From assembly GCA_014382585.1 (NCBI GenBank), contig JACNJL010000035.1, forward strand, positions 3,756 to 67,755: 64,000 nucleotides of DNA, in the 5' to 3' direction. This stretch comes from Limisphaerales bacterium. GTDB taxonomy: Bacteria > Verrucomicrobiota > Verrucomicrobiia > Limisphaerales > UBA1100. Each line of letters starts with the position of its first letter. Positions within the stretch are counted from its first letter, which is position 1. A program made the position numbers and the translations under genes. The notes below the pieces were generated by a model. That model did no database searches. It was not told the DNA's origin and saw only the letters and a program-made list of their open reading frames with translations. Positions 37,247 through 46,166 of the stretch are shown piece after piece.

Positions 37247-38488
37247 TCAAAACAACTCACCACCGGGATGAGGATTGGTGGCATTGAGTTCGTCCAGCCC
37301 CGCCTGCACGCCCTTTTCAAAATCCACCGTAAGCCCCGCCATCGCCTCGCGCGGCTTGGCGGCAGCGGCGAGTTGTTCGGAAACATCAATCGGTTCGCCC
37401 AACCGTACGCGCGCGATGCGTTCGCCGTACGGTGGGAAATCACGCGAATACAAATCCTCGCGCATTTTTTCAATCGTTTCGCCCACCCGATCGAGCGTTG
37501 GATTTTCGCTAAGGTAATTGCCCGCGTAACTCAGGATCCGAAACGCCAAAATCGCCTCATCCGCCCATGTGGCCGCTACGGAATGATCAATCTCGCGTGC
37601 CGCACTCGTCCGCACTTTGTGAATCTCCCGCCGCGCACCGCGAATGCGATCCATCAAATCCGCCCCGGCCTTGGGCGTGATGCCGATTTTGTGTTCGAGC
37701 TTTTCCAGAATGAGTTCCGTCGAAGCCCGCAGTAATCCGGGCAAATCGTTGTAGTCCGGATTGAGCGGCAGAAATCCGCGCATTTTTAAATTCCGCTCCA
37801 CCATTGCGATCCCCACCCGATGCACCTCCACCACAATGTCCCCATCCGAATCAATCTCCACATCCAACACTGCCGCCATCGCGGCGAGCATTTCGCGCAA
37901 GCGCGGCCGAACATCCGTCACGTGCGAAACCTTGATCGAGACCGGCACAGCAAAAATGCAGCCACCTTCCTTCAATTCCTGCTGCGCCTTCATCGCGATG
38001 TACGCCGGCCCATCGAGAAAGGGTGTCACGCGGTCGTTCATAAAATACACATTGCCCTCGGGAAAAATCGTGAGCGCGTAACGTCCATCGATCACCGAAC
38101 GCACTGCCTCCTTTAAGCTCTGCCGGTCGCTTCCATCGCGATCTACCGAAAAAGCCCCCATGCGCTGCATTACCCACGCCACTTTTGCGTCACGCTCAAA
38201 CACATCGTACGCCGCCATAAAAAACGACCACAATTTGATCTGCCGGCACGTCTCCACCATGATTTGCGGATCGCTGTGCGTCGAATGATTGGGCATCAAC
38301 AATACTCGCGCACCGTGACGCCGATGAATCTCCAACAACGGCCCGGCATTTTCCACCTCCACGTTGGAAATAAGATGCCTCGTCCCTGGCAAATGACAGC
38401 GTCCATTCCACTGTTCGCCCAGCCAAGCAATGAGGCGGTTGGGCTTGGGCGGAAAGTAGCGGTACGGGTTATCGGCAAACTGCAACAT
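37247..38488 (-). CDS. PlsC/GPAT-family (lyso)phospholipid acyltransferase
   Basis: NHSTHSD (H-x4-D catalytic motif), FPEGN acyltransferase motif, and a typical LPLAT layout. Confidence 0.65.
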   Translation of the reverse strand: MLQFADNPYRYFPPKPNRLIAWLGEQWNGRCHLPGTRHLISNVEVENAGPLLEIHRRHGARVLLMPNHSTHSDPQIMVETCRQIKLWSFFMAAYDVFERDAKVAWVMQRMGAFSVDRDGSDRQSLKEAVRSVIDGRYALTIFPEGNVYFMNDRVTPFLDGPAYIAMKAQQELKEGGCIFAVPVSIKVSHVTDVRPRLREMLAAMAAVLDVEIDSDGDIVVEVHRVGIAMVERNLKMRGFLPLNPDYNDLPGLLRASTELILEKLEHKIGITPKAGADLMDRIRGARREIHKVRTSAAREIDHSVAATWADEAILAFRILSYAGNYLSENPTLDRVGETIEKMREDLYSRDFPPYGERIARVRLGEPIDVSEQLAAAAKPREAMAGLTVDFEKGVQAGLDELNATNPHPGGELF

Positions 38489-38562
38489 TCAGTCTGCCGC
38501 AATACTACAAAAAAACAGGCAATGACTCAAGCCATCGCCTGTTTGATTTTGATTTGTTGCAA

Positions 38563-39456
38563 TTAGCTCTTCAGCGCCTTCTGCGCACCGGCCGCAGCGA
38601 TGGCGAGGCATTGTTTAATATCCGCAATCGGATTGGCGGCGTTTTCCTCGTACTCAAGACTCAAGGCGCCATCGGCGGGAAATTTCACTTTCTTCAACGC
38701 CTTAAACACCGCTACCACATCGAGATGGCCTTTGCCTAAAATCACGCCGTGCGTCGATTTTTTTTGTTCGGCGAAATCCTTCAAGTGAATGCCATACAAC
38801 CGGTCACCCAGTTTATGAATCACCTCCACCGGATCTTCCGAGCTGCGGATGTAGTGGCCGAGATCCGCGCAGAACCCAATCCGCTTGTCGTGCCCCTTCA
38901 CCGCTTTCAAGGCATCATCAATTTTATCAAAACGCGCGGATGGCCCGTGATTGTGAATCGCAATCCGCACATCATATTTCGCCACCAACTTGTCGAGGCT
39001 ATCAAAAGAATCCGGCTTCGGATCCGCGCTGATGTTCCGAATGCCCGCCAGTTTGGCAAACCGGAAAATCTTTTCATTCGCTTCGTGATTGCCGCCAAAC
39101 CCGTTCACCCCGTGCGCACTCACGTGCAAATCGTGCTTTACCAGCTTCGCATTCATTTCGCCAATTTTTTTCTTATCCGGCGTGATCGGATAATGCCGTC
39201 CGAAAAACTCCACCCAATGCAGCCCCAAATCATCAATCTTTTGGAGGGCCCCTTCCTTGCCATCAATACCGAAGGCTCGCAGCGAATAGCTCTGGATACC
39301 CATTGGAAAACCCCCGTATTTCTTGAGGGAAGCCGCACGCGCCTTGGAGAGCTTCACGGACTTGGCGAGGATTTGGGGCACATCAAACCAAGTTGCACCC
39401 GCAGCGGCTGCAGTTGTGAGTGTGGTTTGCAGAAAAGAACGTCGATTCATATTCAT
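38563..39456 (-). CDS. Sugar-phosphate isomerase/epimerase (xylose-isomerase-like TIM barrel) with Tat signal
   Basis: MNMNRRSFLQTTLTTAAAAGA twin-arginine leader. Conserved H/D/E-containing TIM-barrel segments (…HGVNGFGG…, …IAIHNHG…, …GIHLKD…). Confidence 0.6.
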   Translation of the reverse strand: MNMNRRSFLQTTLTTAAAAGATWFDVPQILAKSVKLSKARAASLKKYGGFPMGIQSYSLRAFGIDGKEGALQKIDDLGLHWVEFFGRHYPITPDKKKIGEMNAKLVKHDLHVSAHGVNGFGGNHEANEKIFRFAKLAGIRNISADPKPDSFDSLDKLVAKYDVRIAIHNHGPSARFDKIDDALKAVKGHDKRIGFCADLGHYIRSSEDPVEVIHKLGDRLYGIHLKDFAEQKKSTHGVILGKGHLDVVAVFKALKKVKFPADGALSLEYEENAANPIADIKQCLAIAAAGAQKALKS

Positions 39457-39569
39457 AATAAAAAGTGGAACAACCGGAGGATGAGCCTACTTCACCCCTC
39501 TGGCAAGGCCAATTCGGGAGGGTTTTTAAGACTTCTGCCTTGCGTGGATTTGGTGAGGGTGGTTAGGAT

Positions 39570-40052
39570 TTGGGTATGAAGACCGTGCTGACAACTTTGC
39601 TGGCGATTTGCCTGTGTGTGCCTTTGGTGGCGGATGAGAAGAAGAAGGAGCGTTTTGAGAAGAAGAAGGAGCGTTTTGAGAAGAAGAAGGCAGCGGCGGA
39701 GAAAGGAGATGCAAGGGCGCAAGCCAGCCTTGGGCAGTTGTATAGCTTAGGCATAGGAGTGGAGAAGAATTTCAAGGAAGCGGTGAAGTGGTTCCAGAAA
39801 GCTGCCGATCAGGGAAATGCCTTGGGGCAATACAACATTGGGTGGCACCATTCATTAGGCCAAGGAGTAGAGAAGGATAATGTGACCGCTTATGCGTGGT
39901 GGAATATTGCTGAGGCTAATGGCTATGAGTATGCCAAGAAACGCGAAGAAACTCTCGCCAAGAAAATGACCGGCGAAGACATCACCAAAGCCGAGGCACT
40001 GGTTAAGGAGATGATCAAAAAGAATCCGAAGCTGATTCAGAAAAAGAAGTAA
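39570..40052 (+). CDS. Small secreted Sel1-repeat (TPR-like) protein
   Basis: Signal peptide, then an EKKKERFEKKKERFEKKK tandem motif (21-bp DNA repeat), then Sel1 units (…AQASLGQLYSLGIGVEKNFKEAVKWFQKAADQGNALGQYNIGW…). Confidence 0.65.
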   Translation: MGMKTVLTTLLAICLCVPLVADEKKKERFEKKKERFEKKKAAAEKGDARAQASLGQLYSLGIGVEKNFKEAVKWFQKAADQGNALGQYNIGWHHSLGQGVEKDNVTAYAWWNIAEANGYEYAKKREETLAKKMTGEDITKAEALVKEMIKKNPKLIQKKK

Positions 40053-40060
40053 CTACTCCC

Positions 40061-41002
40061 TTAGCGGATTGTTACCCCGTAAAATTTCGCTGCATTCTTC
40101 CAGAAGAGCTTTTCAGTCACCCCCTTGCCTTTGGCAGCAAAATATTCATTAATGATCGCCAGTTGCTCACCATATTTCCCGCCCCGATCAGTCACCGGCC
40201 AGTTGCTGCCATAAATGATCCGGTCCTCCCCAAAAGCTTCATACACCACTTCAAAAATAGGCGCATAGTAGCTCACCTTCTTCGGGGCCGGACTGCGGTT
40301 ACTGCGCTGGAAGATGCCTGAAACTTTGCAGCACACATTCGGGTATTGTGCAGCCGCCTGCACCTTCTTTGTCCACGCTGCTTCAGCCGGCACACCATTA
40401 ATAATCAGCCCCGTCAGATGATTAATCAGAATCTTCAGTTTCGGCAGACGTTTTGCAATCAGAACAATGTCATCCAAATCGAAATCAGACATCAATACAT
40501 CGAGCGTGAGTCCTTTGTCTGAAAGCAGTTTTAAATCCCGCCAAACCGCATCATTAAACCCACTCACTCCCTCAGGAAAACTACGCAGCCGGATCCCCAC
40601 ATACCGCTTATCCTTGGCAAACCGCTCCAGATGCTTGGCAAATTCCGGTGTGCCCACCGGAAGGTTCCCCACCACTCCTACGTAGTGCTTGGGATTATGG
40701 GCCACCAGATCAAGAATCCACTGGTTATCCTCCACCCGATCACTCGCTTCCACAATCACCGTGGCCGTAACGCCATTGGCCTTGGTGACTTTATCATAAT
40801 GCTTTGGCAACACCGGCCGGTAAAGCACCTGATCTGATGGCTTTGGCCAGGGCACCCCACCCGCACGCGTGGTGTCATACAAATGAATGTGGGTATCGAT
40901 CACCGGAATTCCACCGGTCATACCCGGCGGTATGGCGGTGCAGCAACCGGCAAGTCCCAGTACAAAAATCAAACTCGGAATCATGGAAATTAATGGGCGC
41001 AT
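40061..41002 (-). CDS. Amidohydrolase-2 family TIM-barrel hydrolase, lipoprotein/secreted
   Basis: Leader with LAGCC lipobox. IPVIDTHIHLYD metal-binding start. Paralogous in type to the 12213-13064 gene. Confidence 0.6.
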   Translation of the reverse strand: MRPLISMIPSLIFVLGLAGCCTAIPPGMTGGIPVIDTHIHLYDTTRAGGVPWPKPSDQVLYRPVLPKHYDKVTKANGVTATVIVEASDRVEDNQWILDLVAHNPKHYVGVVGNLPVGTPEFAKHLERFAKDKRYVGIRLRSFPEGVSGFNDAVWRDLKLLSDKGLTLDVLMSDFDLDDIVLIAKRLPKLKILINHLTGLIINGVPAEAAWTKKVQAAAQYPNVCCKVSGIFQRSNRSPAPKKVSYYAPIFEVVYEAFGEDRIIYGSNWPVTDRGGKYGEQLAIINEYFAAKGKGVTEKLFWKNAAKFYGVTIR

Positions 41003-41072
41003 GCGGCAATGTCTAACGACCAGCCTTCAATGTCCACTGAAAATAAAGAGGCCAGAGAAAACCTGGTTTCGG

Positions 41073-42122
41073 TTAGGAACAGCGCTTTAATTCAATCGCC
41101 AAGTCCGGCAAATACATTGGTGAACTGCCACACAAAACAACGTCTGCACCCGCCGTAATAAAGTCTTCGAAATCTGCCGCGCTGGAAACCCCGCCCACGG
41201 CAGCTAATGCGAGCGGGAGCTGTTCCGAGTTGATCACCACCCGCGCTTCGCGCACCGCCGTCACGCATGGCTCGTGAATGATGCGGCCCATCACTCCCGC
41301 CTTTAGATAATCATCACCGAACACCGGCTGCCCGTCAGCGTGCCTCACTTCGCGCGCAATCCCGTTCACCAATGTGATACCCGAAGCGTTATCGGCCACC
41401 GCATGCAAAAATGCGCGTTGTTTTTCTAAATCAGGAAACACCCCAATCTTAAGCAACAACGGCGTGACACCAATCGCACTCCGAACGGTTTGTGTAACCA
41501 TTTCACTCAGGTTTTCATCACAATACACCTGCCCTTCGGCAGAGCAGACATTCGGACAGGAGTAGTTGGCCTCAATCACATCCGCCCCGGCCTCAGCAGC
41601 CCATGCGGCGCATTGGGCATAGTCATCAGCCACTTGCTTGGCACTCCAGCCGGCCTCTGGACTTGCCACCACCGAGACAATTAAGCGTTGCCCTTCACGT
41701 AAAACCCCCTTCGCGCGTGCGATATCTTCCCGCCAAAATTCCGGTGACATCGACGGCATCCCAAAACACACCGCCGAGCTAATATCCGCCGGATCATTCG
41801 GTAAATCATCGGTTGCATAAACCGGCCCCTCGCCAGCATCGGCATCCACAAAAGCCCAATTGGGCGGCGGATAACACGCACGCGCGGACGAGCGCACAGT
41901 TTTGTATGTCAACAAATCCCACCCGCGCTCGGCGTAGCCTTCGATCCATTTCGCATTGAGCAATAAACCGGCGGCGATCCCGAGGCGGCTGTTCACTGGA
42001 AAGCCGAGAAATTCGACCCGTTCGTTTTCGGGGGTAACAGAAACATGGGTTGGCGATGAAAGCCGCGGGCCGCGCTGAAAGTTTTCCGCATAAGTCGCGG
42101 CGAGATCGTAAGCACAGTGCAT
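41073..42122 (-). CDS. Dihydroorotate/dihydropyrimidine dehydrogenase-family FMN TIM-barrel oxidoreductase
   Basis: NYSCPNV active-site motif (the N-x-S-C-P-N signature of the DHOD/DPD family). Glycine-rich FMN-binding segments. Confidence 0.5.
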   Translation of the reverse strand: MHCAYDLAATYAENFQRGPRLSSPTHVSVTPENERVEFLGFPVNSRLGIAAGLLLNAKWIEGYAERGWDLLTYKTVRSSARACYPPPNWAFVDADAGEGPVYATDDLPNDPADISSAVCFGMPSMSPEFWREDIARAKGVLREGQRLIVSVVASPEAGWSAKQVADDYAQCAAWAAEAGADVIEANYSCPNVCSAEGQVYCDENLSEMVTQTVRSAIGVTPLLLKIGVFPDLEKQRAFLHAVADNASGITLVNGIAREVRHADGQPVFGDDYLKAGVMGRIIHEPCVTAVREARVVINSEQLPLALAAVGGVSSAADFEDFITAGADVVLCGSSPMYLPDLAIELKRCS

Positions 42123-42162
42123 TTGCGATGATAACCACGCGCGCGGTGGCGGGCAAGTGCAG

Positions 42163-43104
42163 CTATGGTTTTACGAAGCGATAGGTGCCGTCATTCTCGC
42201 GCGCGATGCGTTGAAGGATATCCGCGCCGGCTTTGTCGTGAAAGGCAAGCGTGTTGATGCGCGCCTTGAGTTGGCGATTGCCCGCAGCGATCGCATCCAG
42301 CGGTGGGCCATCAGAAAACTGGCCGTCCGTGAGCAACCACACCGTGTCTGGCTTGAGATTAAAACACCATTGTAATGCCTGTGTGGGATTGGTTCCGCCG
42401 TCCACACTTCGCCCGCGAACCCAGTCGATCGCCCAGTTGATATTTTTCGGCGTGCCGGCCAGCATCGCCCGCGCGGGCATCGCCTGGGCCCCGTCACTGA
42501 AAAAATAAATCATAAATTGGTCGGTGGGTTTCAGGCCTTTCAGTGTGGCGCATAATTCTTTTTTCGCGCCGGCCAGTCGATTGCCCGACATGCTGTATGA
42601 TTTATCAATGATGAACACAAACTTGTTGCCCCGACTGGCTGTGCCAAAAAAGCTCACGCCCTCTTCCGGCTTGGCGCGCAGCATGTTGAGGTTTGCCATC
42701 GCCACCGGATGACGATTGCGTGCGGCCAATTTCCACCAATATTCGGCGGCGGCTTTGTTGACATCCGCGCCACGACCCTCGAAGAAAAGATTGCCCAAGT
42801 CCACCTGCGCATTGGCGTCACCCGCTTTGGCGCGCCGAACCAGTTCCTCCATTTCAGCGCGAGACAATACCGGCGCAGGATCGGACTCCGGCGCGGGCTC
42901 ATTACCGGCTTCAATCTCTTCACCCTCGGCTGCCACGGTTTCGGAGGAATCCTTGGCCACCGGCACAACGGGTTCTGCGGTGAGGGATTGGCCGGATTTT
43001 TCTAAGCGCGGATTGGCAGCGGGCTTAGCCTGTTTTGAACAGCCGGAAATAAAAACAGCAATTAAAAGTAGCATACCCAAAATCGGGATTGCGAAACGCC
43101 TCAT
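42163..43104 (-). CDS. Lipoprotein with a Sel1-like repeat and a C-terminal von Willebrand factor A (MIDAS) domain
   Basis: MRRFAIPILGMLLLIAVFISGCS lipobox. Sel1-like AKAGDANAQVDLGNLFFEGRG. vWA MIDAS FVFIIDKSYSMSG with downstream …TDGQFSD. Start re-derived to the ATG at 43102-43104. Confidence 0.65.
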   Translation of the reverse strand: MRRFAIPILGMLLLIAVFISGCSKQAKPAANPRLEKSGQSLTAEPVVPVAKDSSETVAAEGEEIEAGNEPAPESDPAPVLSRAEMEELVRRAKAGDANAQVDLGNLFFEGRGADVNKAAAEYWWKLAARNRHPVAMANLNMLRAKPEEGVSFFGTASRGNKFVFIIDKSYSMSGNRLAGAKKELCATLKGLKPTDQFMIYFFSDGAQAMPARAMLAGTPKNINWAIDWVRGRSVDGGTNPTQALQWCFNLKPDTVWLLTDGQFSDGPPLDAIAAGNRQLKARINTLAFHDKAGADILQRIARENDGTYRFVKP

Positions 43105-43238
43105 ATGATTAATATAGCACAATTTAAGATGCTTCGCAATTGCTGTGGATTGTAGTCCCGGCTCGGCGGGCCGGGACCCGGGCCACCGGCCCGGGCTACA
43201 TTGATTCGCCTCACCGTTGCGAGTGAAGCGAAATATCA

Positions 43239-44678
43239 TTAACTCCCCCACCCTTCCGCCAAACGTACGAGCGTGCGCACAGCAATGCCACTGGCGCCTT
43301 TGCCGGCGTTGGGCTGGGCTTTGTCGAACCACGCGGTACCGGCGATGTCGAGGTGCGCCCACGGGGTGCCTTCGACGAATTGCTCCAAAAATTTTGCGGC
43401 AGTGATCGTGCCAGCTTTGCGATCCGAACCGGCATTGCGCAGGTCGCTCATATCGCCACGCATCGGCTCAAAATAATCGGCATCCATCGGCAACGGCCAA
43501 AAGCGTTCACCACATTCGCGTCCGCGCATTGCGATGCCGTCGCCGAGCGCTTTGTGATTGCCGAGCAACGCCACGCGTACGCTGCCGAGTGCGACGCTGA
43601 CTGCCCCGGTCAGCGTGGCGGCGTTGATGATGTGCGTTGCGCCGAGGCGATTGGCGTAGGTGAGCGCATCGGCAAGTACGAGGCGGCCTTCGGCATCCGT
43701 GTTGATGACTTCAATGGTTTTGCCATTCATCGCGGTGATGATGTCGCCCGGGCGCGTGGCGGTGCCGCTGGGCATATTTTCCGCCATGGCGAGCAGACAG
43801 GTGACGCGCACGCGCGGCTGCAAACGGCCGATGGCGGTGATGGCGCCGATCATCGTGGCGGCGCCGCCCATGTCGTACTTCATTTTCTCCATCGAATTGG
43901 CAGGTTTAAGCGACAGCCCGCCGGTGTCGAAGGTGATGCCTTTGCCAACCAGAAAAAGATGATCATCGTTAATTGGATCCTCGGGATTCCAGCTGAGCCG
44001 AACCATTCGTGGTGGGCGCACGGAGCCTTGGCCGACAGCGAGGAGCGCGCCCGCGCCCATTTCGCGCAGGGCATTTTCGTCGAGCACTTCCACTTCCAAT
44101 CCGGCCGCTTCGCCTTCGCGTGCGGCGCGCGTTGCGAATTCTTCGGGGCCCAAATCGTTGCCGGGAATTTCCACCAACTCGCGCGCAAGATTGACACACT
44201 CGGCAGTGACGCGTCCGGCATCAGCGGTCGATTGGTCACCGGTGGTCAGCAAAATGACTTCCTCGACCGGCCAAGGTTTTTGTTCTTTATAACCACTGGG
44301 CCGATGCTCGCCAAAGCCCGCGCCCTCGGCGGCCAAACGCACGCAAGCCTCGGGCGGCAGCAGCAACGCGACCGAGCGGCACTTGGCCCTGGCGGCGGCG
44401 CGCACGGCTTGGCCGGCGGCAGCAAACCAATGGCGCGCCATCGGCGCTTCGCCAAGGCCAATCAGGAAGACGCGTTTTACGGCGGTATCCGGCACGCGAT
44501 GGATGAGCGTGCACGCGCCGGTTTTGCCGGTGAATTCGCCGGTCTCAATGAGTTCGCCGGGCAAGCCGCCAAGGCGCGCATTGAGCGCGGCGTCCACCGC
44601 TGCGCCATTGGCCAACGGCACGGCCAGCGCGTCGACGTTGAGTTCTTCCCAGTTTCCAGAATGAAGGGTGATGTTCAT
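43239..44678 (-). CDS. pepA: Leucyl aminopeptidase, peptidase family M17
   Basis: NTDAEGRLVLADAL M17 signature. Typical length of 479 aa. Confidence 0.85.
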   Translation of the reverse strand: MNITLHSGNWEELNVDALAVPLANGAAVDAALNARLGGLPGELIETGEFTGKTGACTLIHRVPDTAVKRVFLIGLGEAPMARHWFAAAGQAVRAAARAKCRSVALLLPPEACVRLAAEGAGFGEHRPSGYKEQKPWPVEEVILLTTGDQSTADAGRVTAECVNLARELVEIPGNDLGPEEFATRAAREGEAAGLEVEVLDENALREMGAGALLAVGQGSVRPPRMVRLSWNPEDPINDDHLFLVGKGITFDTGGLSLKPANSMEKMKYDMGGAATMIGAITAIGRLQPRVRVTCLLAMAENMPSGTATRPGDIITAMNGKTIEVINTDAEGRLVLADALTYANRLGATHIINAATLTGAVSVALGSVRVALLGNHKALGDGIAMRGRECGERFWPLPMDADYFEPMRGDMSDLRNAGSDRKAGTITAAKFLEQFVEGTPWAHLDIAGTAWFDKAQPNAGKGASGIAVRTLVRLAEGWGS

Positions 44679-44690
44679 ATTTTTAAAATT

Positions 44691-45356
44691 TTATTTGTGG
44701 TCCGGCCCGGGCTCCATCGTCGCAATAGCGTGCAATAAATCGGTGGCGGCTTGGTGATATAATTTTTTGAGCTGTTCTTTGTCTTTGGTTTCGTTTGCCT
44801 TGGCCCGAAGGTCGCGGAAGTCGAGTGGTTCGCCAAACTTAATTTCCACGCGATACGGGCGCGGCAGCCAATGGTGGCGGTTGTAGGCTTCAAAAGCACC
44901 AAACAATCGGACGGGAACCACGGGCGCATCGCTCTTGAGAATGATGAGGCCCACGCCCGGCTGCGGAGCCTGGATTTGGCCGGTGGCCGAGCGGGTGCCT
45001 TCGGGATACATCATCACCGCATCGCCGGCGCGCAGGCGGGTGAAAAAAGTTTTCAAGCCACGACCACTGCCGGATTGGTCGACGGGGATGACATTCCAGC
45101 TATGCAACAACCAACCGAGCACGGGCACTTTGTAGGCGCTGTCGCGCGCCAAAGCGATGACCAGCCGTTGCAGCGAGCACACCAAATAAATGGGGTCGAG
45201 ATAACTCACGTGGTTGGAGGCCAGAATCACGCTATGCTCGGCGGGCACACGATCGACGTGCAGCACGCGGCGGCGAATCCAAAAGCGAGTGAGCAGCCCG
45301 AACAAAAACCGCGCCAGTCGGTAAGAGAAATTGATGCGCGTGGGCGTTCGGGCCAT
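44691..45356 (-). CDS. plsC: 1-acyl-sn-glycerol-3-phosphate acyltransferase (PlsC family)
   Basis: NHVSYLDP (H-x4-D) and YPEGTRS motifs. 221 aa. Confidence 0.75.
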   Translation of the reverse strand: MARTPTRINFSYRLARFLFGLLTRFWIRRRVLHVDRVPAEHSVILASNHVSYLDPIYLVCSLQRLVIALARDSAYKVPVLGWLLHSWNVIPVDQSGSGRGLKTFFTRLRAGDAVMMYPEGTRSATGQIQAPQPGVGLIILKSDAPVVPVRLFGAFEAYNRHHWLPRPYRVEIKFGEPLDFRDLRAKANETKDKEQLKKLYHQAATDLLHAIATMEPGPDHK

Positions 45357-45359
45357 CAG

Positions 45360-46166
45360 TCAGTTTCCCTGCCCGCGAAAAATGCGCAGCACTTTGCGGC
45401 GCAACAGCGCGGGCCATAGCGCTTTGAGAATGGGCGCGAGGCGCAGGCGGGGCGGGATGATGAGTTCGCTCTGGCGCTCGCGCATCGCATCGATGATTTC
45501 GCGCGCGCATTCGTCAAGCGTGATGGATTCGTGATTGTGCGAGCGCTTGCTTTCACCCATCGCCGCACCATCGGCGGTGCACGCGTTGGCGCGCATTTGG
45601 GTGCCTTGAATCCAATGCGGATGGACGGTCAAAATATCAACGCCGGTTTCCTCCAACTCGTAGCGCAGCGTATCACAAAAACCTTCGAGCGCGTGTTTGC
45701 TGGCAACGTATCCGGAATGCGCGGGCACGGCTATTTTGCCTTGGATGCTGCCGATGGAAACTATGAGGCCGCCGGTCTTCTTGAGCGCGGGCAGCGCGAA
45801 GTGCAGGGTGTTCACAAGGCCCAAATAATTGACCTCCATCAATCGGCGAAACAAATTGAGGTCAGTCACTTCATCGAATTTGGCCCACATACTGAGGCCG
45901 GCGTTGGAGATGAGAAAATCGATACCGCCAAAGCGCTCCGTGGTTTTGGCGATGAGGCACTCGCAATCTTCAGGTTGCGTGACATCGCCGGTGACAGCCA
46001 TCGCTTCCCCACCCGCCGCTTCGCATTCGGCCACGGCCTCGGCCAAGGCTTCGGCGTTGCGGGCGAATAGCACCACGCGACATTGTCGCGCGGCAAGATC
46101 GCGCGCAAGTTGGCGGCCCAAGCCGGATGAGGCACCGGTGATGATGACGACTTTTTCGGCAAACAT
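45360..46166 (-). CDS. Short-chain dehydrogenase/reductase (SDR); candidate acyl/alkyl-DHAP reductase
   Basis: VVIITGASSGLGRQLA (TGxxxGxG). YVASKHALEGF (catalytic Y-x3-K). Four-nucleotide overlap with both neighbours. Confidence 0.75.
   Translation of the reverse strand: MFAEKVVIITGASSGLGRQLARDLAARQCRVVLFARNAEALAEAVAECEAAGGEAMAVTGDVTQPEDCECLIAKTTERFGGIDFLISNAGLSMWAKFDEVTDLNLFRRLMEVNYLGLVNTLHFALPALKKTGGLIVSIGSIQGKIAVPAHSGYVASKHALEGFCDTLRYELEETGVDILTVHPHWIQGTQMRANACTADGAAMGESKRSHNHESITLDECAREIIDAMRERQSELIIPPRLRLAPILKALWPALLRRKVLRIFRGQGN

Noticed and set aside
43353-44738. 461-aa ORF on the plus strand
   Set aside because: It lies entirely antisense to pepA, which has the unmistakable NTDAEGRL M17 motif. 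Its Arg/Ala/Gly-rich composition is the usual high-GC antisense-frame artefact.
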